64,000 bases of DNA. Source: Burkholderiales bacterium (GTDB lineage: Bacteria > Pseudomonadota > Gammaproteobacteria > Burkholderiales > Burkholderiaceae_E). The notes below the pieces were generated by a model. That model was not told the origin of the DNA and ran no database searches. It saw only the letters and a program-made list of their open reading frames with translations. Each line of letters opens with the position of its first letter. Position 1 is the stretch's first letter. Positions 31,345 to 41,074 of this stretch are shown here, one piece after another. The position numbers and the translations under genes were made by a program. The stretch is taken from the NCBI GenBank assembly GCA_947487165.1, contig CANKWX010000011.1:355-64354 (forward strand), written 5' to 3'.

Positions 31345-32304
31345 ATGAAGTCGTACGTCATTCGCCGCCTGTTGGCGCTGGTGCCAACCCTGATTCTGGC
31401 CAGCATCATTGTCTTCGTGACCGTGCGCCTGATCCCGGGCGACATCATCGAGCTGATGCTCAGCCAGAACGATCTGTCGGCCGACGCCAAGTCCCGCGAG
31501 CAGGTGGTCGCAGCCCTTGGCCTGGACAAGCCGATGTGGCAGCAATATCTGACCTGGATCTCGGGCATCGTGCTGCATGGCGACCTCGGCAAATCGCTCT
31601 GGCAAGGCACGCCGGTGACCGAGCAACTGCTTGCGCGCATGCCGGTCACCTTCGAGCTCGGCGCCATCGCACTGCTGGTGGGCCTGATCATCGCGCTGCC
31701 AATCGGCATCTACTCGGCCATCCGCCAGGACACCGCCGGCGACTACATCGCCCGGTCGTTTTCAATCCTGCTGCTGGCTGTGCCAAGCTTCTGGCTCGGC
31801 ACGATGGTGGTGGTGTTTCCGTCAATCTGGTGGGGCTGGTCGCCCTCGGTCGACTACATCCCGTTCAGCAAGGATCCAGTCGAAAACGTCAAGAACCTGC
31901 TGCTGCCCGGTGTGGTGCTGGGTGCGGCGTTGTCTGCCATCACGATGCGAATGACCCGCACCATGATGCTCGAGGTGCTGCGCCAGGACTACATCCGCAC
32001 CGCCTGGGCCAAGGGCCTGACCGAGAAGCTGGTCATCGTGCGGCACGCGTTGCGCAATGCGCTGATTCCGGTGGTGACCCTGGTCGGCTTGCAGGCGCCG
32101 CTGCTGATTGGCGGTGCGGTCATCATCGAACAGATTTTCATCATTCCCGGCATGGGTCTGCTGCTGCTCGAAGCCGTGCAAAAGCGTGATTACCCGATCG
32201 TCACCGGCGTGTTTCTGGCCGTCGGTGTGGCGGTGATGCTGATCAATCTGCTGGTCGACCTGACTTATGGCCTGCTCGACCCGAAGGTGAGGATGAGCTC
32301 ATGA
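31345..32304 (+). CDS. ABC transporter permease (DppB/OppB type)
   Basis: MKSYVIRRLLALVPTLILASIIVF is typical of the N-terminus. YIRTAWAKGL EAA-loop. Confidence 0.88.
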   Translation: MKSYVIRRLLALVPTLILASIIVFVTVRLIPGDIIELMLSQNDLSADAKSREQVVAALGLDKPMWQQYLTWISGIVLHGDLGKSLWQGTPVTEQLLARMPVTFELGAIALLVGLIIALPIGIYSAIRQDTAGDYIARSFSILLLAVPSFWLGTMVVVFPSIWWGWSPSVDYIPFSKDPVENVKNLLLPGVVLGAALSAITMRMTRTMMLEVLRQDYIRTAWAKGLTEKLVIVRHALRNALIPVVTLVGLQAPLLIGGAVIIEQIFIIPGMGLLLLEAVQKRDYPIVTGVFLAVGVAVMLINLLVDLTYGLLDPKVRMSS

Positions 32305-33227
32305 GCGCAGTCAATGCCGGTGCGGTCACCCCCACCGATAACACGGTCGGCAGTGCGACGCAGGCTGTGGAGCCGGCCCGGCGTCGACCCGGGTTTTTCG
32401 CTCGGTTGTGGCGCGAAAAGCGGCTTGGTGCGATCGGCGGACTGCTGCTGCTGTTCTTTCTGCTGTGCGGCATCTTCGCCGAGGTCATCGCTCCTTATGA
32501 CTACAACGAGATCATGCCCCTCGACCGGCTGCAGGGGCCAAGCGCGGCGCACTGGTTCGGCACCGACAATCTCGGACGCGATGTGCTGTCGCGCTGCCTC
32601 TATGGGGCGCGCCTGTCGGTGATCATCGGCTGCTCCGCGGCGCTGCTGGCCACGCTGATCTCGGCGCTGATCGGCATCGTCAGCGGCTATTTTGGCGGCA
32701 AGGTCGATCTGTTGGTACAGCGCGTGGTCGATGCCTGGATGAGCTTTCCCGAACTGGTGGTCCTGATCGTCGTGGTGTCGGTGCTCGGGCCGGGCATGCC
32801 GCAGATCATCGGGACGCTCGGGCTGGGGCTGGGCATTGCGGGGTCGCGCATCGTGCGCTCGGCAGTGGTGTCGGTTCGCGAGCATATGTATGTGCATGCG
32901 GCGCAGTCGATCGGCGCCTCGTCCTCACGGATCCTCTGGCGCCATGTGCTGCCTAATGTCATGCCGCCGCTGATCGTGCTGCTCACCACCCGCGTGGGCA
33001 CCGCCATTCTGGCCGAGTCGGGTCTGTCCTTTCTGGGTCTTGGCGTGCCGCCACCGGCGCCGACCTGGGGATCGATGCTCTCGGGCAGCGGGCGCACCTA
33101 TATGTTCCAAGGTCCGTGGCTGGCGCTGGCGCCCGGCCTGTGCCTGACCGCGGTGGTCTATGCGACCAATGTTTTCGGTGATGCGCTGCGCGATCTGCTC
33201 GATCCGCGCATGCGCGGCACCCGCTGA
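32301..33227 (+). CDS. ABC transporter permease (DppC/OppC type)
   Basis: HWFGTDNLGRDVLSR motif and six TM segments. ATGA overlap with the upstream permease. Confidence 0.88.
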   Translation: MSAVNAGAVTPTDNTVGSATQAVEPARRRPGFFARLWREKRLGAIGGLLLLFFLLCGIFAEVIAPYDYNEIMPLDRLQGPSAAHWFGTDNLGRDVLSRCLYGARLSVIIGCSAALLATLISALIGIVSGYFGGKVDLLVQRVVDAWMSFPELVVLIVVVSVLGPGMPQIIGTLGLGLGIAGSRIVRSAVVSVREHMYVHAAQSIGASSSRILWRHVLPNVMPPLIVLLTTRVGTAILAESGLSFLGLGVPPPAPTWGSMLSGSGRTYMFQGPWLALAPGLCLTAVVYATNVFGDALRDLLDPRMRGTR

Positions 33228-33304
33228 GTTTTCCGGTTTTTCACGCAGTTCAGTTCGACACAAAAACACCTGGCCCGGGCCGGGCAACAAAGAAGGAGAC
33301 GCTG

Positions 33305-35032
33305 ATGACATTCCCGACATTCAAGGGCGCCGGTGCACGATCGGTGCTCGGCGGGCTGGTACTGGCTGCGGCAGCCGCTGCATTCGCCCCGGCCACCGCA
33401 CACGCCCAGGCCGCTGCGGCCAAGCCGCAATACGGCGGCAGCTTGAGCATCGGCAACGTCTATTACACCGTCTCGCCGCTGTCGTTCGATCCGGCCGACT
33501 GGACCTGGAAGATCAATCAGGACACCGGTCTGACCTACGAGACCCTGTTCGTGGCCGATCTGTCCAAGAGCATCAGCCGCGGCGGCAAGCACCCTTTCAC
33601 CTCCGACGCCTTCCTGCCGAGCGATGCGATCAAGGGCGAACTCGCTGAAAGCTGGAAGATGCTGCAAAACCCCCTGCGCGTTGAGGTGCAGCTTCGAAAG
33701 GGAATCATGTTCCCCGAGAAGAAGGGCGTCATGGCACAACGTGAACTGGTTGCCGATGACGTGGTGTTCAGCTTCGAGCGCTACAACAAGAGCCCCAAGA
33801 AGCTTGCCGGCTACTTCGACTTCATGGACCGCGTCGAGGCCAAGGACAAGCACACCGTGGTCCTCTACATGAAGAGCTACAACGCCGAGTGGGACTACCG
33901 CTTCGGCTGGGGCTACTACTCGGTGATCATCCCGAAGGAAGTGGTCACTGCAGGCGCGACCGACTGGAAGAACGTCAACGGCACCGGCCCTTTCACCCTT
34001 GACAACTATGTCCAGGGCAATTCACTGAGCTTCAAGAAAAACCCGATCTACTGGGACAAGGAGACCATCGGCGGGCAGTCCTACAAGCTGCCCTTCGTCG
34101 ACAACATCACCTACCGGGTGGTGAAGGACGAAGCGACCATGATTGCGGCGCTGCGTACCGGCAAGGTCGATATTCTCGAGGCGGTTCGCTGGAGCGAAGT
34201 GGCCCAGCTGAAAAAGACCGCGCCCAAGATGCAGTTCAATCGCATTCTTGGCAACAACGGTCAGCTGATCGCTTTGCGCATGGACACCAAGCCCTTCGAT
34301 GACGTGCGGGTGCGGCGTGCGCTGAACATGGCGGTCAACAAGGCCGAGATCATCAAGACCTACTGGGGCGGCAACGCCGAACTGCTGGCCTTCCCGATGC
34401 ATCCGACCTGGACCGGCTATCACGAGCCCTTCGATGCGATGCCCGATTCGGTCAAGGAGGTCTTCACCTTCAACCCGACCAAGGCCAAGCAGTTGCTGGC
34501 TGAAGCCGGCTATCCGAACGGGTTCTCCTTCAAGACCCAGGTGAGTGCCGCAAGCACCGATCAGGATCTGGTCGCGATGGTGGCGGCCTATCTCGCCAAG
34601 GTCGGTGTGAAGATGGAAATCCAGGTGATGGAGTATCCGGCGCACCTGTCGGCGCAGGGCACCAAGACCCACGCCGCGGGCTTTCACTTCAATACCGGCC
34701 ACAGCAATCCGACCACCGGCATGCGCAAGAACTTCCAGACCGGCCAGTACTGGAATCCTGCGATGTACAAGGATCCGGAGTTCGACAAGAAGATTGTCGA
34801 CATGCTGGCTGAGCCCGACGAGCGTCTGCGTCAGGTCAAGATCCGCCTCATGACCCGCGAAGTGATTGATGCAGCGCCCTACATCTACCTGCCGACGCCC
34901 TATGTCTACACCGCCTGGTGGCCCTGGGTGAAGAACTACGGCGGCGAGCTGCGTGCCGGTGCCGAGCGTCCTGCCCCGATCCATGCGCGAGTCTGGGTCG
35001 ATCAGGAAATGAAGAAGTCGATGGGTTTCTGA
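33305..35032 (+). CDS. ABC transporter substrate-binding protein, family 5 (peptide/nickel/opine type)
   Basis: Signal peptide (..ATAHAQA) and 575-aa SBP_bac_5-like architecture. Confidence 0.88.
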   Translation: MTFPTFKGAGARSVLGGLVLAAAAAAFAPATAHAQAAAAKPQYGGSLSIGNVYYTVSPLSFDPADWTWKINQDTGLTYETLFVADLSKSISRGGKHPFTSDAFLPSDAIKGELAESWKMLQNPLRVEVQLRKGIMFPEKKGVMAQRELVADDVVFSFERYNKSPKKLAGYFDFMDRVEAKDKHTVVLYMKSYNAEWDYRFGWGYYSVIIPKEVVTAGATDWKNVNGTGPFTLDNYVQGNSLSFKKNPIYWDKETIGGQSYKLPFVDNITYRVVKDEATMIAALRTGKVDILEAVRWSEVAQLKKTAPKMQFNRILGNNGQLIALRMDTKPFDDVRVRRALNMAVNKAEIIKTYWGGNAELLAFPMHPTWTGYHEPFDAMPDSVKEVFTFNPTKAKQLLAEAGYPNGFSFKTQVSAASTDQDLVAMVAAYLAKVGVKMEIQVMEYPAHLSAQGTKTHAAGFHFNTGHSNPTTGMRKNFQTGQYWNPAMYKDPEFDKKIVDMLAEPDERLRQVKIRLMTREVIDAAPYIYLPTPYVYTAWWPWVKNYGGELRAGAERPAPIHARVWVDQEMKKSMGF

Positions 35033-35034
35033 AC

Positions 35035-36003
35035 ATGCCCTTGCTCGATGTCCGCGGTCTGACGACGCGCTTTCGAACCGAACGCGGCGAACTGACCGCG
35101 GTCGACGATGTGTCCTTCTCGCTCGAGGCTGGCCAGACCCTGGCCATCGTCGGCGAGTCGGGTTCGGGCAAGAGCGTGACCGCGATGTCGCTGATGCGGC
35201 TGATTCCGAATCCGCCGGGTCGGATTGTGGCCGGCGAGATCCTGTTCGAAGGCCAGGACCTGCTCAAGCTGTCTGACGCGCAGATGCGCGAGATTCGCGG
35301 CAATCGCATCGCGATGATTTTTCAGGAGCCGATGAGTTCGCTCAATCCGGCGCTCACCGTCGGCATGCAGATCGCCGAGCCGGTTAATGTGCACCGCAAG
35401 GAGCCGTGGGCGCGTGCCTTCGAGGTGGCACGCGGTCTGCTCGAGAAGGTCCGCATTCCGGATGCCGCAAGCCGTCTGCAGACCTATCCGCATCAGTATT
35501 CGGGTGGCATGCGTCAGCGCACCATGATTGCGATGGCGCTGGCCTGCCAGCCCAAACTGATCGTGGCCGATGAGCCGACCACCGCGCTCGATGTCACGGT
35601 CCAGGCGCAGATTCTCGATCTGCTCAAAGAGCTCACGCGCGAGACCGGTGCGGCGCTGATCCTCATCACCCATGACCTCGGTGTCGTGGCCCGCTATGCC
35701 GATGCGGTGGCGGTGATGTATGGCGGGCGCATCGTCGAGCAGGCCAAGGCCGAAACGCTCTATGCCAAGCCGCGCCATCCTTATACCCAGGGGCTTCTGG
35801 CCGCGATTCCGAGGCTCGATGGGCCGGCCGGGCATCGTCTGGTACCGATCGCTGGCCAGCCGCCCGATCTGGCAAGGCTGCCGCCCGGCTGCGCCTTCGC
35901 ACCGCGCTGCACCAAAGCCGATGCGCGTTGTGCGGCCGAACGGCCGGTGCTTCGCGAAGTCATGCCCCTTCACTTCACTGCCTGCCATCACGATGTCGAC
36001 TGA
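35035..36003 (+). CDS. ABC transporter ATP-binding protein (DppD/OppD type)
   Basis: Walker A GESGSGKS, signature YSGGMRQR, Walker [13 protein letters not shown] and oligopeptide C-terminal Cys motif. Confidence 0.9.
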   Translation: MPLLDVRGLTTRFRTERGELTAVDDVSFSLEAGQTLAIVGESGSGKSVTAMSLMRLIPNPPGRIVAGEILFEGQDLLKLSDAQMREIRGNRIAMIFQEPMSSLNPALTVGMQIAEPVNVHRKEPWARAFEVARGLLEKVRIPDAASRLQTYPHQYSGGMRQRTMIAMALACQPKLIVADEPTTALDVTVQAQILDLLKELTRETGAALILITHDLGVVARYADAVAVMYGGRIVEQAKAETLYAKPRHPYTQGLLAAIPRLDGPAGHRLVPIAGQPPDLARLPPGCAFAPRCTKADARCAAERPVLREVMPLHFTACHHDVD

Positions 36004-37045
36004 ACCTGTGCAGGGCGCAAGCGAACTCTTGCGCGTCGAAGACCTGCGAGTGCATTTCCCGCTGCGCGGCAGCGGCCTGCTGGGGCGTTCACCGGGCGTG
36101 GTCAAGGCGGTCGACGGCGTGTCGTTTTCGCTGGCGGCCGGTCAGACCCTCGGCCTGGTCGGCGAGTCGGGCTGCGGCAAGAGCACCACTGGCCTTGCGG
36201 TGCTGCGGATGCAGCCGGTGACAAGCGGCAAGATCATCTTCGAAGGCGACGACATCACGCGCCAGCAGGCCCGCACCGGCACTTTCCGGCGGCGCATGCA
36301 GATGGTCTATCAGGATCCTTACGGTTCGCTCAATCCGCGCATGCGGGTGAGCGATCTGATCGGCGAGCCGTTGCAGGTGCACGGCATGGCAGCCAATCGC
36401 GGTGAATATGATGACCGCATCGCCGGTCTGCTCAAGACCGTCGGGCTGCTGCCCGACATGGCGGAGCGCTATCCGCACGAATTTTCGGGCGGTCAGCGTC
36501 AGCGCATCGGCATTGCCAGAGCGCTGGCGCTCGAGCCCAGCCTGATCATCTGTGACGAGCCGGTTTCGGCCCTCGATGTGTCGATTCAGGCGCAGGTGGT
36601 CAATGTGCTGATGGATCTGCAGCAGCGCCATGGCCTGGCCTATCTCTTCATCGCGCACGATCTGGCGGTGGTGCGCCACCTCAGTCATCGGGTGGCGGTG
36701 ATGTACCTTGGGCGCATCGTCGAGATCGCACCGCGCGACGACCTCTATCGCGAGCCGCTGCATCCCTATACCCAGGCGCTGCTGTCGGCGGTGCCGGTGG
36801 CCGATCCGTCGGTCGAGGCGCAGCGCCAGCGTGTCGTGGTGCAGGGCGAGGTGCCGAGCGCGGTCAAGCCGCCGTCGGGCTGTCGCTTTCATACCCGGTG
36901 TCCGCATGCGATCGAACGCTGCAAGGTGGACGATCCGCCGATGCAGGATCTGGGTGGTGGCCGCTCAGTAGCCTGTCATCTTTACGATTCGGCCTCGACG
37001 TCGTCGACGGGTAATCGAGCGATTCCGATTGCCAGGGCGGCCTGA
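35993..37045 (+). CDS. ABC transporter ATP-binding protein (DppF/OppF type)
   Basis: Walker [10 protein letters not shown], signature FSGGQRQR, Walker [13 protein letters not shown]. 11-nt overlap with the upstream ATPase. Confidence 0.9.
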   Translation: MSTEPVQGASELLRVEDLRVHFPLRGSGLLGRSPGVVKAVDGVSFSLAAGQTLGLVGESGCGKSTTGLAVLRMQPVTSGKIIFEGDDITRQQARTGTFRRRMQMVYQDPYGSLNPRMRVSDLIGEPLQVHGMAANRGEYDDRIAGLLKTVGLLPDMAERYPHEFSGGQRQRIGIARALALEPSLIICDEPVSALDVSIQAQVVNVLMDLQQRHGLAYLFIAHDLAVVRHLSHRVAVMYLGRIVEIAPRDDLYREPLHPYTQALLSAVPVADPSVEAQRQRVVVQGEVPSAVKPPSGCRFHTRCPHAIERCKVDDPPMQDLGGGRSVACHLYDSASTSSTGNRAIPIARAA

Positions 37046-37084
37046 GCCGGTTGGTCCGATAGTTCAATACCCGAAGGCCCATTG

Positions 37085-37519
37085 ATGACGAGCCCCGACG
37101 CTCCCCCGGCAGGCTATGGGCCGCACGACCGCCACAGTCCGATGACCGCCCCGTGGGAGCCGATCTATGCCCGGCGCACCGACCGCGCCCTGCAGCTCGC
37201 GGTGCAGATCCGCGAGCCGCACTGCAATGCCCGGGGCCTGGCGCATGGCGGGCTGATCACTGCGCTGGCCGACAATGCCATGGGGCTGTCGGCCCGCATC
37301 GTCGCGCAGGCGGCGCGTCCGGCCGATGGCGAGCGTCATGCCGGCGCGCTCACCGTGTCCCTGTCGATCGATTTCGTGGACATTGCGCGGCCGGGCGACT
37401 GGCTCGAGGTGATGCCCACGGTGGTGAGGGCGGGCAAGACCCTGTCGTTTGTCGAGTCTCGCATCGTGGTCGGCGACCGGACGATCGCCCGCGCCAACGC
37501 GACCTTCCGGATGGCCTGA
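37085..37519 (+). CDS. PaaI-family hotdog thioesterase
   Basis: NARGLAHGGLITALADNAMG core motif, 144 aa. ATG 37085; the ORF track starts at TTG 37082. Confidence 0.8.
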   Translation: MTSPDAPPAGYGPHDRHSPMTAPWEPIYARRTDRALQLAVQIREPHCNARGLAHGGLITALADNAMGLSARIVAQAARPADGERHAGALTVSLSIDFVDIARPGDWLEVMPTVVRAGKTLSFVESRIVVGDRTIARANATFRMA

Positions 37520-37543
37520 TCGAGTCGGGGCTAGGATGGCGGG

Positions 37544-40297
37544 ATGCCGTCCTTCCCCAAGCCTCGTCCCCTGCCGCGCCGCGCTGCGCCGTCGGGCGGT
37601 TTGGCGGGTGGAAGCGGCGGTGCAGACACCAACGCAACAGTCGACGGCGTCGCGCAGTGTCGCGTGAGTGAACCGGCCGGCGGCAATGCTCAAGCGAGCG
37701 GCCGGCCGAAGGCCAGCCGGGCGCGGCGATCAGCATCCGCGGCATCGCCAACTGCCGCAGTGCCGACCGCCGCAGTGCCGACCGCCTCAGTGCAACCCGC
37801 CTCAGTGCCGACCGACATCGCCGGCTGGTTCGGGCGCCGCGGCTGGCAGTCCTTCCCTTTTCAGCACGAGGTCTGGGACGCCGTCGCAGACGGCGAGTCG
37901 GGCCTGCTGCATGCCACCACCGGATCGGGCAAGACCTACGCGGTGTGGTTCGCCGCGCTGGCGCAGTTGCTGGCGCAGGCTCCGACCGCATCGACCACCG
38001 CTTCCACCACCGCTTCCACCACCGCATCCACCTGGCGCAGCGCCGGCCTGAAACTGCTGTGGATCACACCGATGCGAGCACTTGCTTCCGACACGGCCCG
38101 CTCCCTGTCTGAGCCGCTCGCCGAGCTTGGCATCGACTGGCGGGTCGGTCTGCGCACCGGCGATACCCCGGCGGCCGAGCGCACCCGCCAGGACAAGCGT
38201 TTGCCCGAGGCGCTGGTGACTACGCCCGAGAGCCTGTCGCTGATGCTGTCGAAGGCTGATGCGCCAGGGCGGCTCTCGGGCGTCGCGATGGTCGTGATCG
38301 ACGAATGGCATGAGCTGATCGCCAACAAGCGCGGCGTGCAGGTCCAACTCGCGCTGGCCCGGCTGCGGGCCTTCAACCCGGGGCTGATCGTCTGGGGTCT
38401 GTCGGCCACGCTGGGCAATCTCGAACAGGCGATGGACGTGCTGCTGGCCCATGGCGGTGGTCGGCTGGTGCAGGGCCGCCAGCCCAAGACTCTGCTGGTC
38501 GATACCCTGCTGCCCGAGTCGACCGAACGATTCCCCTGGGGTGGCCATCTGGGCACCCGCATGCTGGCACCGGTGGTGGCCGAGATCGAGTCGAGCGCGA
38601 GTTCGCTGGTCTTTACCAACACCCGATCGCAGGCCGAGCTCTGGTATCAGGCGCTGCTCGAAGCCCGACCCGACTGGGCGGGCCTGATCGCCCTGCATCA
38701 CGGCTCGCTCGATGCCTCGGTGCGCGCCTGGGTCGAGGCGGGGTTGAAGGAGGGTCGCCTGAAGGCGGTGGTCTGCACCTCCAGCCTCGACCTTGGCGTG
38801 GATTTCTCGCCGGTCGAGCGCGTGCTGCAGGTCGGCAGCGCCAAGGGTGTTGCCCGGCTGCTGCAGCGGGCCGGCCGCTCGGGGCATTCGCCGGGGCGGG
38901 CCTCGCGGGTCACGCTGGTGCCGACCCACGCGCTCGAACTGGTCGAAGGCGCGGCCGCACGCGATGCGGTGGCCGCCCGCCGCATCGAGCCGCGCGACTC
39001 GCCGCGCAAGCCGCTCGACGTGCTGGTCCAGCATCTGGTGACGATTGCTGCCGGCACCGGATTCGTGCCGGAGCAGTTGCTGGCCGAGGTACGCAGCTGC
39101 CACGCCTATCGCGAGCTCACCGATGCCGAATGGGCCTGGTCGCTCGATTTTGTAACCCGCGGCGGCCAGTCGCTTGTCGCCTATCCCGAATACCGTCGGG
39201 TCGTGCCTGATGAGATGGGTGTGCTGCGGGTGCCCGATCGCAGCATTGCGCGTCGTCACCGGATGTCGATCGGCACGATCGTGGCCGACGCGTCGATGAT
39301 CGTGAAGATGATGAGCGGCAGCACAGTCGGGACGGTCGAAGAAAGCTTCATCGCGCGCCTCAAGCGCGGCGACTGTTTTCTCTTTGCCGGGCGCCTGCTC
39401 GAGCTGGTCCGCATCAACGACATGACCGCCTATGTGAAGCGCGCCACCGGCCGGCGCGCCGCGGTGCCGCGCTGGAACGGCGGCAAGATGCCGCTGTCGT
39501 CCGAGATGGCCGACGCGGTGCTGGCGCGCCTCGAGCAGGCGGGTGCCGGCGTCTTTGAAGGCCCCGAGATGCAGATGGCCGCGCCGCTGTTACGCCTGCA
39601 GCAGGCCTGGTCGCGCCTGCCCGATACTCACACGCTGCTGGTCGAGCACCTGCATTCACGCGAGGGCCACCACCTCTTTGTTTATCCCTTTGCCGGGCGC
39701 AATGTGCATCTCGGGCTGGCGGCCCTGCTGGCCTGGCGGGTGTCGCACAAGGCCGCGGCGAGCTTCTCAGTAGCGGTCAACGACTACGGGCTGGAGCTGC
39801 TTTCACCTGATCCGATCGACTGGCGAGGGCTTCGCGACGGCATGCTCTTTGCCGAAGGCGACCTGCTGGCCGATGTGCTGGAAAGTCTCAATTCGGGCGA
39901 GCTTGCGCTGCGTCGCTTTCGCGAAATCGCGCGGGTCTCCGGGCTGATCTTTCAGGGGTTTCCGGGCGCGCCGAAACGATCGCGCCAGCTGCAGGCGTCA
40001 GCGGGGCTCTTTTATCAGGTGTTTCGCGATTACGACCCGGGCAGCCTGCTGCTGGCGCAGGCGGCCACCGAGGTGCTGGAGCAGGAACTCGACCTTGCCC
40101 GCCTGCGCGATACGCTTGCCCGTCTGCGTGCGCGAACGCTGATTGAGGTCGAACTCGAACGACCCGGCCCGTTTGCGTTTCCATTGCTGATCGAGCGCTT
40201 GCGCGAGCAGGTGAGCACCGAAAAGCTCGCCGACCGGGTCGCTCGGATGGTCCGCGAGCTTGAAGCCGCGGCCGGCGGGCCGCTGCATGAGCGCTGA
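37544..40297 (+). CDS. Ligase-associated DNA damage response DEXH-box helicase (Lhr-core-like)
   Basis: Motif [33 protein letters not shown], and a long C-terminal DEAD-associated domain. The N-terminal ~87 aa are low-complexity repeats, so the true start may be GTG 37805. Confidence 0.9.
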   Translation: MPSFPKPRPLPRRAAPSGGLAGGSGGADTNATVDGVAQCRVSEPAGGNAQASGRPKASRARRSASAASPTAAVPTAAVPTASVQPASVPTDIAGWFGRRGWQSFPFQHEVWDAVADGESGLLHATTGSGKTYAVWFAALAQLLAQAPTASTTASTTASTTASTWRSAGLKLLWITPMRALASDTARSLSEPLAELGIDWRVGLRTGDTPAAERTRQDKRLPEALVTTPESLSLMLSKADAPGRLSGVAMVVIDEWHELIANKRGVQVQLALARLRAFNPGLIVWGLSATLGNLEQAMDVLLAHGGGRLVQGRQPKTLLVDTLLPESTERFPWGGHLGTRMLAPVVAEIESSASSLVFTNTRSQAELWYQALLEARPDWAGLIALHHGSLDASVRAWVEAGLKEGRLKAVVCTSSLDLGVDFSPVERVLQVGSAKGVARLLQRAGRSGHSPGRASRVTLVPTHALELVEGAAARDAVAARRIEPRDSPRKPLDVLVQHLVTIAAGTGFVPEQLLAEVRSCHAYRELTDAEWAWSLDFVTRGGQSLVAYPEYRRVVPDEMGVLRVPDRSIARRHRMSIGTIVADASMIVKMMSGSTVGTVEESFIARLKRGDCFLFAGRLLELVRINDMTAYVKRATGRRAAVPRWNGGKMPLSSEMADAVLARLEQAGAGVFEGPEMQMAAPLLRLQQAWSRLPDTHTLLVEHLHSREGHHLFVYPFAGRNVHLGLAALLAWRVSHKAAASFSVAVNDYGLELLSPDPIDWRGLRDGMLFAEGDLLADVLESLNSGELALRRFREIARVSGLIFQGFPGAPKRSRQLQASAGLFYQVFRDYDPGSLLLAQAATEVLEQELDLARLRDTLARLRARTLIEVELERPGPFAFPLLIERLREQVSTEKLADRVARMVRELEAAAGGPLHER
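37754..37813 (+). repeat. 15-bp tandem repeat x4 at the 5' end of the helicase ORF
   Basis: GCCGCAGTGCCGACC x2, GCCTCAGTGCAACCC, GCCTCAGTGCCGACC. Encodes [20 protein letters not shown]. Each unit carries an in-frame GTG. Confidence 0.9.
37985..38032 (+). repeat. 12-bp tandem repeat (about 4 copies) inside the helicase
   Basis: ACCACCGC(T/A)TCC units encode [16 protein letters not shown] between helicase motif I and motif Ia. Confidence 0.9.
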
Positions 40298-40334
40298 TAG
40301 ACTCGGCGCAACCAAGACACAGGAGACTTCGATC

Positions 40335-41015
40335 ATGCGGATCGGCGACAGCCTCAAAGGCAAACGGGTGCTGATCACCCAATGCGAAGAATTTATGGGG
40401 CCGGTGCTCACCACCGCCTTCGAGGAGCACGGTGCGGTGGTCATCGGTTCGCACGGCCCGCTGGCCGATCCGGCCTCGGCCGAGGCGGCAGTCAGGGCCG
40501 CCGGCGATATCGACATCCTGATCGCCAATCTGGCCGTGCCCTCGCCCTATTCGCCGGTGACCGCGGTGACCGACGAAGAGTGGCAGCATGTCTTTACCCA
40601 CATGGTCGATCCGCTGCCCCGTCTGGCGCGCGCGGTGCTGCCGGCGATGATCGCGCGGCGGGCCGGCAAGTTCATCGTCATGGGCAGCGCGGTGGCCATG
40701 CGTGGTCAAAAGCGCGTTTCGACTTATTCGGCTGCGCGCGGCGCCCAGCTCAGCTGGGTGCGATCGGTCGGCGTCGAGGTCGCGCCGCATAACGTGCATG
40801 TCAACTTGATCGCGCAGAACTTCGTCGAGAACCCGACCTACTACGGCCCGGATGTGCAGGCGCTGCCGGCCTTCCAGGAGCGCCTCAAGCGGGAAGTGCC
40901 GCTCGGGCGTCTGGCACGCCCCGAAGAAGACGCGTTGTTTGCGGTATTTCTGGCCAGCAACGAGGTCGAGTTTTTTGCAGGGCAAGGCATCGCGTTTGCC
41001 GGCGGCTGGGTCTGA
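40335..41015 (+). CDS. Atypical SDR-fold protein with halohydrin dehalogenase fingerprints (HheA/HheC-like)
   Basis: AGGAG upstream of ATG 40335. T-x4-F-x-G (ITQCEEFMG) replaces TGxxxGxG. S-x12-Y-x3-R (GSAVAMRGQKRVSTYSAAR) replaces YxxxK. C-terminus is NFVENPTYYGP...VPLGRLARPEE...FAGGW. Confidence 0.7.
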   Translation: MRIGDSLKGKRVLITQCEEFMGPVLTTAFEEHGAVVIGSHGPLADPASAEAAVRAAGDIDILIANLAVPSPYSPVTAVTDEEWQHVFTHMVDPLPRLARAVLPAMIARRAGKFIVMGSAVAMRGQKRVSTYSAARGAQLSWVRSVGVEVAPHNVHVNLIAQNFVENPTYYGPDVQALPAFQERLKREVPLGRLARPEEDALFAVFLASNEVEFFAGQGIAFAGGWV

Positions 41016-41074
41016 GCGCGGGCCAGACGCTCGGATCGGTCGATCTGCTCAGTTGGCGATCGTCAGCGCGGACG

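Noticed and set aside
31139-31348. A 69-aa ORF spanning the tandem repeat in the divergent intergenic region.
   Set aside because: It has no RBS and an atypical composition. It overlaps the probable promoter region and the start of the permease gene. It is more likely a chance ORF.
37754-38032. Possible CRISPR-like or other non-coding repeat array.
   Set aside because: The units are contiguous with no spacers, are only 12-15 bp long, have lengths divisible by 3, and lie in frame within the helicase ORF. They are coding microsatellite-type repeats, not CRISPR.
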